In this document: positions 31,301-37,470 of the stretch, piece after piece
How positions within the stretch are numbered: the first letter of the stretch is position 1
Layout: each line of letters starts with the position of its first letter
Assembly (NCBI GenBank): GCA_963677925.2
Contig: CAXXYH010000001.1
Location: 96,001-160,000, forward strand
Direction of reading: 5' to 3'
From: Spirochaetia bacterium
GTDB taxonomy: Bacteria > Spirochaetota > Spirochaetia > UBA9216
DNA: 64,000 bases
The notes under the pieces: model-generated
Databases searched by the model: none
What the model saw: the letters and a program-made list of their open reading frames with translations, nothing else
Told to the model about the DNA's origin: nothing
Made by a program: the position numbers and the translations under genes

Positions 31301-32480
31301 CTTGAATCTGATTCCCGTTTATTTCAGCAATTATACAATTTCCGGCATTAACATTCAGAATAAGTTCAACCTTATAATTATCAGATAAAGACGCATCAAA
31401 AATGCCATTCAACCCTGAGTTTAAATCTGTATCTTCGATGAAAAATGCTAGAGCCTCAGTTACAGGACTATAAGATTTACCCCAGAATTCAATTTCACAA
31501 AGTCCTGAAATTTCTGATGAGTCAGATCCGAAAAGCCATGACCACCAACTGCCTGTGCTCCTGGTTTTATCAGAAATTAATTGAATTGAATCAGCTTCCA
31601 AGCCATACGGTATATCAATAATATGCCAGCCTGGAGTTATATTCTCCTCTTCAATTACTGTAATTTCTGTCCATTCACCATCAGCCAGGTAATTAATTCT
31701 GGCATCTCCGGTATAATCTTCAGAAAGATAGGCTTTAATTCGATATATTTTAGATGAGCTCTGTAAACTGATCACCGCACCATTTTCATTTTTCCACATC
31801 GTATCCTGGTTTCCAAAATTAAAGTTTCCGTTCTCAAAACATTCTGTAATCCAGTTTCGTGCTCCGCGAAGTAAATTTATCACCCAGTTCCCTATACTTT
31901 CTGTTTCCCAAAAAGTTTTTGTGTTCTCATCTGACAGGTTTGATAAGGGGTAGAAGATGTTTTCTTCTCCGCTAATGTTTTTTATATTCAATTTATGATA
32001 TGTATCAGAAAAACTCTCACCAAAAACCTTAAGATCTTCAATGTCGCTGTAACTTGTATCTTCACCTTGCAGATGAACCCTGATTTTATCGGTTACTATT
32101 TTATAAGCGGATACATCAATATATTCGCCGCTTGAGCAAATAGAATTAATTTCGGGATTGAGAAAACTTTTCCAGATTCCGTTTGAATCGTATTCAAAGA
32201 TAATATTATTTTCTAAATCAAGTGTTCCAAAAAGCTCAATTGCATAAATACATGATAATTCATCAAGAGTGATTTCAAACCAGCCTTCAGTTTCTTCAGG
32301 ATAAAGCATCCAATAGGTAAGTATACTATCATCTACTGCATACTCAGCAGGATTCAACACATCTGTATTATTGGAAGCTCCTGTTACACTCAGCTCAAGA
32401 GTTCCTGCTGCAGCATGGATATTAGACAGAGATAGAAACAATAAAACTATGATAATTGAAATTTTTCTTGAAATTTTCAT
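22317..32480 (-). CDS. Giant Sec-exported RHS/YD-repeat polymorphic toxin (discoidin-like, Ig/FN3, ZU5-like, RHS core, variable C-terminal tip)
   Basis: Signal peptide; many YD repeats (YDELGR, YDEAGN); RHS core YYHTDHLGST..FTGKDFDPDTGLYYYNARWYDPNLGRF..NWYIYASNNPLKFVDPTG; ATG 32480 with AGGTGAG RBS (ORF track GTG 32492). Confidence 0.92.
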   Translation of the reverse strand: MKISRKISIIIVLLFLSLSNIHAAAGTLELSVTGASNNTDVLNPAEYAVDDSILTYWMLYPEETEGWFEITLDELSCIYAIELFGTLDLENNIIFEYDSNGIWKSFLNPEINSICSSGEYIDVSAYKIVTDKIRVHLQGEDTSYSDIEDLKVFGESFSDTYHKLNIKNISGEENIFYPLSNLSDENTKTFWETESIGNWVINLLRGARNWITECFENGNFNFGNQDTMWKNENGAVISLQSSSKIYRIKAYLSEDYTGDARINYLADGEWTEITVIEEENITPGWHIIDIPYGLEADSIQLISDKTRSTGSWWSWLFGSDSSEISGLCEIEFWGKSYSPVTEALAFFIEDTDLNSGLNGIFDASLSDNYKVELILNVNAGNCIIAEINGNQIQVPLLKETDEAFFYQVKIDNDLLWNGDNFLRLESLDNHLIRGSISGISRTGILNNTGVPDYFTADSTGYYEIDLNSDISLEEVLFTTNNIFNERIFYRSENQWFELSWSALTAHTLKYSVYLSESGNNVNLSADCIRIEGLTSGTQYGVTVKGSRITDSAPQIQMYWPKNGEVIEQSKLGTMFAVGYVDDENAVISLNDEEAQNIGNLFWIANMPGDIITDGEYALHISATELEGRTTEKTIYWSNIDSNVYNCDLSEEIIYTLDDTIKVAGRTNPSASVYINDEIVDGSSRRYSKDVELVPGLNIITIKFVHRTQGVFALLQRRVFLVTTEPVLEISKPDDIDYTSAQQIDVTGILSVAGTYEIECEGYEVQDDGTLFTVASVSLVSGVNNNITVTLTDQFGRTSSDSISVFCDVNAPVLTGLSPERGSILSESVNTFVITVSDESELSVFMNGLVVPGGGGIFEKTISLSDGFYSLPLVLKDQAGNTRQDYLDYTVDTVQPVDFTVDVTPAGWTSDNHPVISFKTTDATSGIDYYEISIDEGSYYVIESPYQLPVQDEGEHKIAVRAVDKAGHMTYSYAETKTDTIPPEALTTFDIIPGNAELNLYWSAGESDVISYEIIRSPQWDDGEQLCISRREDNQVFTDTEVLNGFEYSYKVRAVDRAENKSGFTDTINAVPGIETQVIPDSGNVKAEYETSLLFINTESLPPDAQSIRIAELAPGWIEAEALNFEHTFVGSVYDFTLLDSNDEETSPGRLFSEPYIGVLDYDPSLLPSGYSEENISVYSFDKRWGRWSKLKNCAVDPDNNKVVFSSNHFSLYTPVADSVEDISPEEIADSGYSPFGTYVNHEGFTVSPQGGNAHTSVNELVLSGPNGFDFELKRYYDLSVAKSDTHADVPVDVVKYLENQGDYAYSMGNGWRLNLPYIKNASAQQYLVMPDGSMFGFNSLQLTNTPAKSDTRSLILESHSGEHFSLLVTQTENDKEVYFIGAGGSSEQSWISTSYTLTLTDGKQYIFDGKGRTTEIKSSDEEFSISVSYASGSYEIDKITDSVGRNLSFEYAETSDSIDMPYIKKISLDSADPYRRSISYTQENGYLISSIDTGGRNWSYGYGNEYYVGGPKNPVPFSLTEALKEFYDDTDLYDIISNLAEPVSEYTYKPLSTIEGPGMGRIEATYDTVHPSDDENAYCRLLTKQVTVYNDYAAGSEDSVRATMYGYDFTDADSDYGYYISKSIVDELNHNRYIAYNYEFKKLTKTYWSEEDGIITSETIEDDENSGSRLNNEKWYEKINNSSSNLKLLKTKTNSYAEETDVNPSSEKITHGLGNDSITTNYTYDDWGNRTVIEETSVAGSRVRKNITYRDYSSGESASGASYKEYSESGLINENVPARIKNLVIKEQVTNYNPLIDSAGTAGNNAGTAVKAYNYYSYDDKGRLNGKSFWDSSNNVWNKTLYTWNSAGDLSSITDSENHVTSFTYDANHYILTKTEKAVSAADGNPTDIKWRYKYDYSGWLISETDPRQKTITTAFDKLGRVVSKTEPGDAGGSYIINVFYNDIHGQLYSTMTDSLGRKIVREYNDLSQMVKQSSYLDSATASVIELGYDRFGKVTKMINPNAGMTDAGDIHEYVTWYRYNALGRLSEISYPYRTSTGAVSKTMDYNYDTNTLTITDEENNQSTEIYDMRGNVIKKSQIVDDETIITEFWYDGLGNLIAQEGPYPDAVITKKYNSLNQIIKLSMPLNTFYEGGSIDTSIAIRPVTEYFYDSKGNNVKETRMSSEGIRIIKNQYDELGRIIKIKNFLDDEQLNEEFIYYDENGNVTRKIDPNGCETSFTYTPGNNVETETDAEHGVTSYEYYDDGLVKSAVDPRGNSGNYPSLDFKVTYEYDKLKRLCRVELPSKNNGGARTSVYFEYDLRGNLVKQTDVDGLVTEYKYTPRQWVEQKSITGDGKSYITSNEYNRRGELKKITDPRNQITNMDYDELGRLIYSRTSENTINRFDYDEAGNLIEKQWYGRDGINVIQIFQKFEYDPYQRLIKQFAPVKSEETSVIIEKAYGYDRFGNISFETDALGNSIIYSYDSLNRLVREESDAGFLKEFDYDYGGRLIENVDSNGNRSSYLYDDRGLLLSRNITGPNGEKSVTFAYDEAGEVKWSSDDDVFTGYNGAVSTSPESYLPDVFGRIKSVETSMDGKSFSTVYEYNLSDLVTGITSPDGGRVGYNYNLLGELQSVEGYIDSAPVYDAGGLIKSITASNGVCLSLEYDGESRLTSRIFSGQEAEYVKKYSLNYDEAGNISDLIKNDSAFASTYNYDLNNRLLSDYLREDFAINPENTSNQETLYIEADDVNGQNILVETEGTEIFLDYAAGSIGVDLNGNYKVARIELTAKDITRVKAEDLRVFVSDNNTENSYAEQKDFTVNETETGGFEITLKKPVKTRYIKVMTDFNERDIDYNPLRTLSEFKGSPEDILKIYHYVSLINETYSYDNAGNRTSLDVAYTGNSTDFGTISNTYLYYPKTNRLMTDGNYAYQYDANGNMTAKGKTLIVDSMEVSVSAMTNWSSFTDSTSGITFSDSDELCNYSYDVLNRLIQVSKNGTIMASYTYNADGLRVKKEKEERTDYYVFDLNGNVLYEEKYDSTWSKYIYIKTTKFAREDGIVGEAMSKKYYYHTDHLGSTVMITDEEADVIWDGEYTPFGELNDKQNVAEQKTQFTGKDFDPDTGLYYYNARWYDPNLGRFTTEDPIRDGLNWYIYASNNPLKFVDPTGLRTMLGSDDTTGHIDIDRDTGTPIEITEQEAYVKDNFSYMKGYGLHDQEISDYSELADLKNEMAQYEGLGGVDGAIYSELKSQYDSKLLDSLHLQTELSPDGSDACAYRTAQAGIEVGLGSPMPLDMINEATGELSNVSNPASAALLMTFVPGSKPGYEYQVENYLSIMDNALAKLGRSDLISNLGTSNNAEWSFNINKGITANTNMHRNLGNSGNNFVWDPSTGVKNSISENYSPRQFSVVKR

Positions 32481-32497
32481 TTTTACACTCACCTTTT

Positions 32498-35400
32498 TTA
32501 ATTTTCGATATATTCGATAAGTTCATTTCCATTCAGGATGAGCAGGTCCTGATGGTAATAATCATTTTTATTTCCACTAAACAGGCATCCATTTAGATCC
32601 GGATGTTCCGTAACAAAATCTTCTTTGATGCCGTACCAGATATTACCTGTAAAGCTATTTTCACCCGACAGGATTACCGATGAACTTACAATGTGAAGGC
32701 CTATACGGTTATCGGTAAAATTACAATTATCGATTGTGACCGTAGAAAAAGGACCAGCAGCAACAGCCCTGTCAGCATTTGAAAACTTAGTAAATGTGAT
32801 ATTTCCTTCACCTTTTATGAGAAGACCATTCCAATAAGGCATCGGTTCAGCGGAAAATAGAGGACCAATAATTGCTGAAGATATTGGGGTTCCCTTAATT
32901 TCAATAGAAGCTCCTTCCAAAACAGTAATTCCGGTATCATCTTGAGTGCAGACCAATGTCCCTGCAGATATAGTCAGACTTAATCCTGCTGGAACAACAA
33001 CTACGCCGGTAAGTGTATGTTCTCCGCTCCAGGTTTCACTGACCAGAAGCTCACCTGATGTCGTATTTAATGCATCTAAAATAAAATTGACTTCAGTAAT
33101 TTGCCCCCACCAGTCACTAACTTTGAGTGTTACTGTAAACTCTCCGCTTTCTGTATAGCTGTGTGTCGGGTATGCTTCGGTGCTGGTGTTTCCATCACCG
33201 AAATCCCATAAATAGCTGAGTTCATCTCCATCCGGATCAATTGCAGAGTAGAAGGAAATGTCGGATGGGCAATGCCAGATTTCGCCGACACGGGTTTCCA
33301 ATAATGATTGATTTATTACTACTTCGGGTGGATTGTTATCTGTATCACCGGTAACGGATATTACATCTGAATAGTTTCCGACATTATCATAAACAATCAT
33401 TTTGGTACAAACGAGAGTGTCTATGAGTTCCATCAGCCATCCGGTAATATTCATTCCATCAGGATCAGAAACTTCAACTAAGTACCCGATATCAGAGGAC
33501 ACATCTGAAATGTTGTTACTTATTGAGGAGTAACCGGTACCATTCACATCATTCCATATTATGATTTCAGAAACACCGCTGCTGGCAGCCCCGCTCCAGT
33601 CGTGAATAGATGCATGAAGATCAATCAAACTCTCTTCAGAACCTGATTTAGCAGTTAAGGTTCCAGATGGCGGGGCATTATCTATAGCGAATTGCCGAAC
33701 ATCAGAACGCCAACGTTCAAAGGAAAGATAGGAACTGCTATTCTCAAAAGCTTCCCAAACTTTTAGAGAACCGTCCCAATCGTAGTAATATTCTGTTATT
33801 TCGAGATAGCAATCATATACCCCAGTTTCTGATAGAACAGGAATATTATTTGTTTCATCATTTATTGATAAAAGAGGAAGTCCTGAGCCGGAAAAACCTG
33901 CATCAACATCCTTATACAATGATTCTGATACTTTTTTATAATAAAGCTTGAGTCCAAGTAAATCGCCTTCTGCATCCTTACTCTGAATCAGTTCATGAGA
34001 AGGGAATCCTGCTTTAAATATTTCATCTGTATCAGGAATTATAAAATCGTTATCAAGGGATAAGTCAGGAAGAATATTCTGTAACCTGAAACTTGTTTTT
34101 ATATGATTCTGTATGTTTTCAAGTGCTGCACCCTTATCAACGTATATGTCTGCTACATACTCAAGTTTTGTTTTTAATTTATTTTGTTCAATTAAATCTG
34201 CAGGTATTTGAACTTTGTAGGTTTTATCTTCTTCCCATATTATTTCATCGCTATTATTCCATATTTCTATTTGATCTGAGGGATCTCTAATGACTATATC
34301 AAAACAATAACCTTCAGCACCGCCTTTATTGTCATATGTCCATTCAAAATAATATTTACCATCATTCTCGATGATTTCAATGTCATCAATATTCTCCGGC
34401 AGTGTTCTGACTTTTAACGTGTACTCGCTTTCGACTTTATTCCCGGCTTTATCAGATGCTGTTACGTAAATATAGTAATAATCTACACTTTCATTTAAAC
34501 CGCTGCTTTCCTGTGGGATTTCAACCGTATAACAGCCATCATTCAGTTGAATTTGGTTCATGTCTGCCGATAATACTGTCTGGCTTTGAAGTATATGCGG
34601 ATTAGTTATCCTAAGCTTATAATCATCCTCATCGGTGCCGCTTTGCCATTGTTCAGTGCCATCCATTGCTGGAAGCCATGATATGATGTCTTCTGTTCCC
34701 GTTGGAATGAAAATCAGGGTGCTGTCATTAGAGCTCGGGAAACAATGCTCAAGTGATTTGAATAAAGGTGCTTCAGGGGGGATATTATCAATGTTGAAAT
34801 TTATATTTGATTTATTACCTATATTACCTAATTTGTCTTTAAAATATATAGAGGCTTGATATACTCCGCTTGACAAATCAATCAGTGTATTCGGATTGCA
34901 GGTGTCTAATAGTATATTATTTTGAAATAATTCTATAAATCCATCATCTGAACTAACGCCTGCTCTAATATCTCCTGAATCGTCCGGTACTGTTGATGAA
35001 ATATTAATTGGACTAGTTGTGTAAACATTTTTTAAAGTTCCTTCTTCAAAGATGCATGATTCATTGATGAATATATTTTCCAGTGATGGCGCTTCCGGTC
35101 CTGCAGTATCAAAATATACATCTTTTGATTCGATATAACTATCATGTAAAGCGTTATCAGAAACATACCCGCTTATAGTATATGAACCAGTAGTAATATC
35201 AATTCCATTAAAGATTGGAACTTCTTTAAGTTTAGAATAAAACTTTTTAACTATAGATGTATTTGAAACGGAGATTGTGTATCCTTTTATCCCGGATGAG
35301 TAGACGCCTTCCGTTGACGGCCAATAGTATGAAATGTCTTGAGCCGTATCTAAAACCTCGCATGAAATGTTAAAATTGTCGGGAGTAAAAACTTGATTTA

Positions 35401-35971
35401 TTGTATTTTCATTTTTATCGAAACCGTTGACATATGTTCCTCCTAAAGTAAAAACACCATCTTCAGAAGGCCCGATTGTATCTCGATAAGTTGAACCGGA
35501 TGTATGACTGAAATTATAACTTGCATAATTGTAGTTTATGCCTCCGGGAACTGAAATCGTCCAGGTACATGCCTTTGTAATGGAGACCTGCATATAATGA
35601 TTTTTGGGAATCAAAACATTTTTATTAAAAATACCACCGTCTAAACCTATATCATTTGTGAATTCATATGCAGTTTCATTATTAGAATTTTTTATCAGAA
35701 TTTTTATTGTAGTATTTTCTCTTGCGTAGGTTGTATTCTGATTATTGAACAAGGGGTTAACTGAAAGATCCAAGGTTAGACAGATTATAGAGTCAGGTGA
35801 AGTAATAGAAAGATTTGTAGCACTAGTTTTTACACTTCCCTGATTATTATGTAAGTACAGTGTTATAGTTTCAGCGGAATAGCCATCAGGGATTGATAGT
35901 TTTTGTGAAAAAATTGGGTTTATACAAATTATTAAGAAAAATAGTATTTTTAAAATTATATATTTTTTCAT
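32498..35971 (-). CDS. Exported multi-Ig/PKD domain protein with C-terminal right-handed beta-helix (Rhs companion)
   Basis: Signal peptide; repeated D-x-x-[GP]-P Ig starts; PKD motif YLWDFGDG..PTHSYTESGEFTVTLKVSD; ETWSG..LTISAGT beta-helix. Confidence 0.8.
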   Translation of the reverse strand: MKKYIILKILFFLIICINPIFSQKLSIPDGYSAETITLYLHNNQGSVKTSATNLSITSPDSIICLTLDLSVNPLFNNQNTTYARENTTIKILIKNSNNETAYEFTNDIGLDGGIFNKNVLIPKNHYMQVSITKACTWTISVPGGINYNYASYNFSHTSGSTYRDTIGPSEDGVFTLGGTYVNGFDKNENTINQVFTPDNFNISCEVLDTAQDISYYWPSTEGVYSSGIKGYTISVSNTSIVKKFYSKLKEVPIFNGIDITTGSYTISGYVSDNALHDSYIESKDVYFDTAGPEAPSLENIFINESCIFEEGTLKNVYTTSPINISSTVPDDSGDIRAGVSSDDGFIELFQNNILLDTCNPNTLIDLSSGVYQASIYFKDKLGNIGNKSNINFNIDNIPPEAPLFKSLEHCFPSSNDSTLIFIPTGTEDIISWLPAMDGTEQWQSGTDEDDYKLRITNPHILQSQTVLSADMNQIQLNDGCYTVEIPQESSGLNESVDYYYIYVTASDKAGNKVESEYTLKVRTLPENIDDIEIIENDGKYYFEWTYDNKGGAEGYCFDIVIRDPSDQIEIWNNSDEIIWEEDKTYKVQIPADLIEQNKLKTKLEYVADIYVDKGAALENIQNHIKTSFRLQNILPDLSLDNDFIIPDTDEIFKAGFPSHELIQSKDAEGDLLGLKLYYKKVSESLYKDVDAGFSGSGLPLLSINDETNNIPVLSETGVYDCYLEITEYYYDWDGSLKVWEAFENSSSYLSFERWRSDVRQFAIDNAPPSGTLTAKSGSEESLIDLHASIHDWSGAASSGVSEIIIWNDVNGTGYSSISNNISDVSSDIGYLVEVSDPDGMNITGWLMELIDTLVCTKMIVYDNVGNYSDVISVTGDTDNNPPEVVINQSLLETRVGEIWHCPSDISFYSAIDPDGDELSYLWDFGDGNTSTEAYPTHSYTESGEFTVTLKVSDWWGQITEVNFILDALNTTSGELLVSETWSGEHTLTGVVVVPAGLSLTISAGTLVCTQDDTGITVLEGASIEIKGTPISSAIIGPLFSAEPMPYWNGLLIKGEGNITFTKFSNADRAVAAGPFSTVTIDNCNFTDNRIGLHIVSSSVILSGENSFTGNIWYGIKEDFVTEHPDLNGCLFSGNKNDYYHQDLLILNGNELIEYIEN

Positions 35972-36104
35972 AAATATTCCTTTTATTCAAAGAAACATTA
36001 AAAATCCATGTTGATTTAAAAAATAGAAAAAATATTGATTAAAATAAATAAAATAAGATTCTGAAGGATGAATTCTACTGTTTAAACCGCGTTTAATTAT
36101 TACT

Positions 36105-36533
36105 ATGATTAGTTTAGTTTTAAAAATTTCTATAATAGCCTTCCTGATTATGATTTCAATCATAGATTCTATAGATTTCCGTATCCCGCTGTATTTCAAT
36201 ATTCCTCTTCTTTTTTTTAACATTTTATTTCAAGTATATAGTGGTGAACATTCACTAGAGATTTCTTTGAAGATGCTAACTGGATTTATGATGTTGTTTT
36301 TAATTAGATTGTTTACAACTGGCGGGCTGGGCCTTGGAGATGCAATTCTTTCATCATCAATCGCCGTGCTCCATGGAATACGGCTATGGATAATTATTAT
36401 GTTTTCAGCATGTGCACTTGCTCTGTTATTTACATTAGTTTTATTTTTAATGACAAACATTGATTTAAGATATAAAAGAATAGCTTTCGCACCATTTCTG
36501 TCTTTTCCGACAATTATATTTATTTTATTCTAA
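36105..36533 (+). CDS. Prepilin peptidase, A24 family (short form)
   Basis: IIDSIDFRIP and GGLGLGDA aspartate motifs, IAFAPFL; multiple TM helices. Confidence 0.85.
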   Translation: MISLVLKISIIAFLIMISIIDSIDFRIPLYFNIPLLFFNILFQVYSGEHSLEISLKMLTGFMMLFLIRLFTTGGLGLGDAILSSSIAVLHGIRLWIIIMFSACALALLFTLVLFLMTNIDLRYKRIAFAPFLSFPTIIFILF

Positions 36534-36693
36534 AAAGACAGTCAGACAGGACTATCTTAAAAGGCTAAGTTGATTAATTAGATGGTTAGCATATTTCGTG
36601 TTTACTATCAAAAGATGCGGTTTTATACTAAGAATTATTACTTGAAGATTGTAAAACCTTATTGTATATTCTGTTAATCGAAGGGTAAATTTG

Positions 36694-36912
36694 ATGAGTA
36701 TAAATAAAGAATTCCTGGTTTTAAGTTTAGATGAACGAATTTCACTTATCGAAGAATTATGGGATAGTATTACAGATGAACAGGATTCAGTTCCCATATC
36801 TTCAGCACAAAAAGACGAGTTGGAAAAACGTCTTGATATTTTGATGAAGGATTCTGACGCAGGAACTGACTGGGAGTCAGTAAAGAAAAGAATTCTTATG
36901 AGTTATGAATGA
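36694..36912 (+). CDS. Putative addiction-module antitoxin
   Basis: LSLDERISLIEELWDSI..QKDELEKR..WESVKKR pattern; overlaps the toxin gene. Confidence 0.85.
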   Translation: MSINKEFLVLSLDERISLIEELWDSITDEQDSVPISSAQKDELEKRLDILMKDSDAGTDWESVKKRILMSYE

Positions 36913-37216
36913 TTATCAAATAATTGTCAGCCGGGAAGCAGAACTTGATATAAGGGAAGCTTTTTTATGGTATGAAAATAAAAGTCCTGGTTTGGGCTAT
37001 GATCTGCTTCTATCAATAGAAGACTCACTTCTTTATATTCGAAAAAATCCTATTATTTACCAAATAAAATATAAGGGTATAAGAAGAGCCTTTATTAAAA
37101 GATTTCCATATGGAATATTTTATTCTATTGATGATTCAAATAAAAAAATACATATTATAGCTGTTTTTCATGCTCATCGTTCTCCGATTTCATGGAAGAG
37201 AAGAAATAAGTCTTAA
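36905..37216 (+). CDS. RelE/ParE-family toxin
   Basis: AELDIREAFLWYE..GLG, RRAFIKRFPYGIFY, IIAVFHAHRSP..W. Confidence 0.88.
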   Translation: MNDYQIIVSREAELDIREAFLWYENKSPGLGYDLLLSIEDSLLYIRKNPIIYQIKYKGIRRAFIKRFPYGIFYSIDDSNKKIHIIAVFHAHRSPISWKRRNKS

Positions 37217-37312
37217 ATTTTTAAATCAGAATATATTTTGTTTGATAATACCTCTCTACTAGCGTTAACTAACTTGTATATAAAGTAATCCTATACATGC
37301 TGTTAAAAAAGT

Positions 37313-37348
37313 AAGCCAAAAGATACAAAACTCCTTGGCTGTTTTTTC
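37313..37348 (+). terminator. Possible terminator after TA pair
   Basis: AGCCAA...TTGGCT stem followed by GTTTTTT; large loop. Confidence 0.35.
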
Positions 37349-37470
37349 ATTACTTCGATGTTTTTCCTTATAATTTTAAAAATTATCATCAAACCTGAAG
37401 TAAATCGAACAAATTAGCGTTATCACTTTTCAGCGAGCATATAAAATAAAAGAAGTTTACGGAAATACAG

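Noticed and set aside
22317-32480. T6SS effector or Tc-type ABC toxin subunit
   Set aside because: No PAAR, VgrG, Hcp or TcA gene; the protein begins with a Sec signal peptide.
35987-36223. 78-aa minus-strand ORF ahead of the companion gene
   Set aside because: Overlaps the prepilin peptidase antisense and lies in low-complexity AT-rich promoter DNA.
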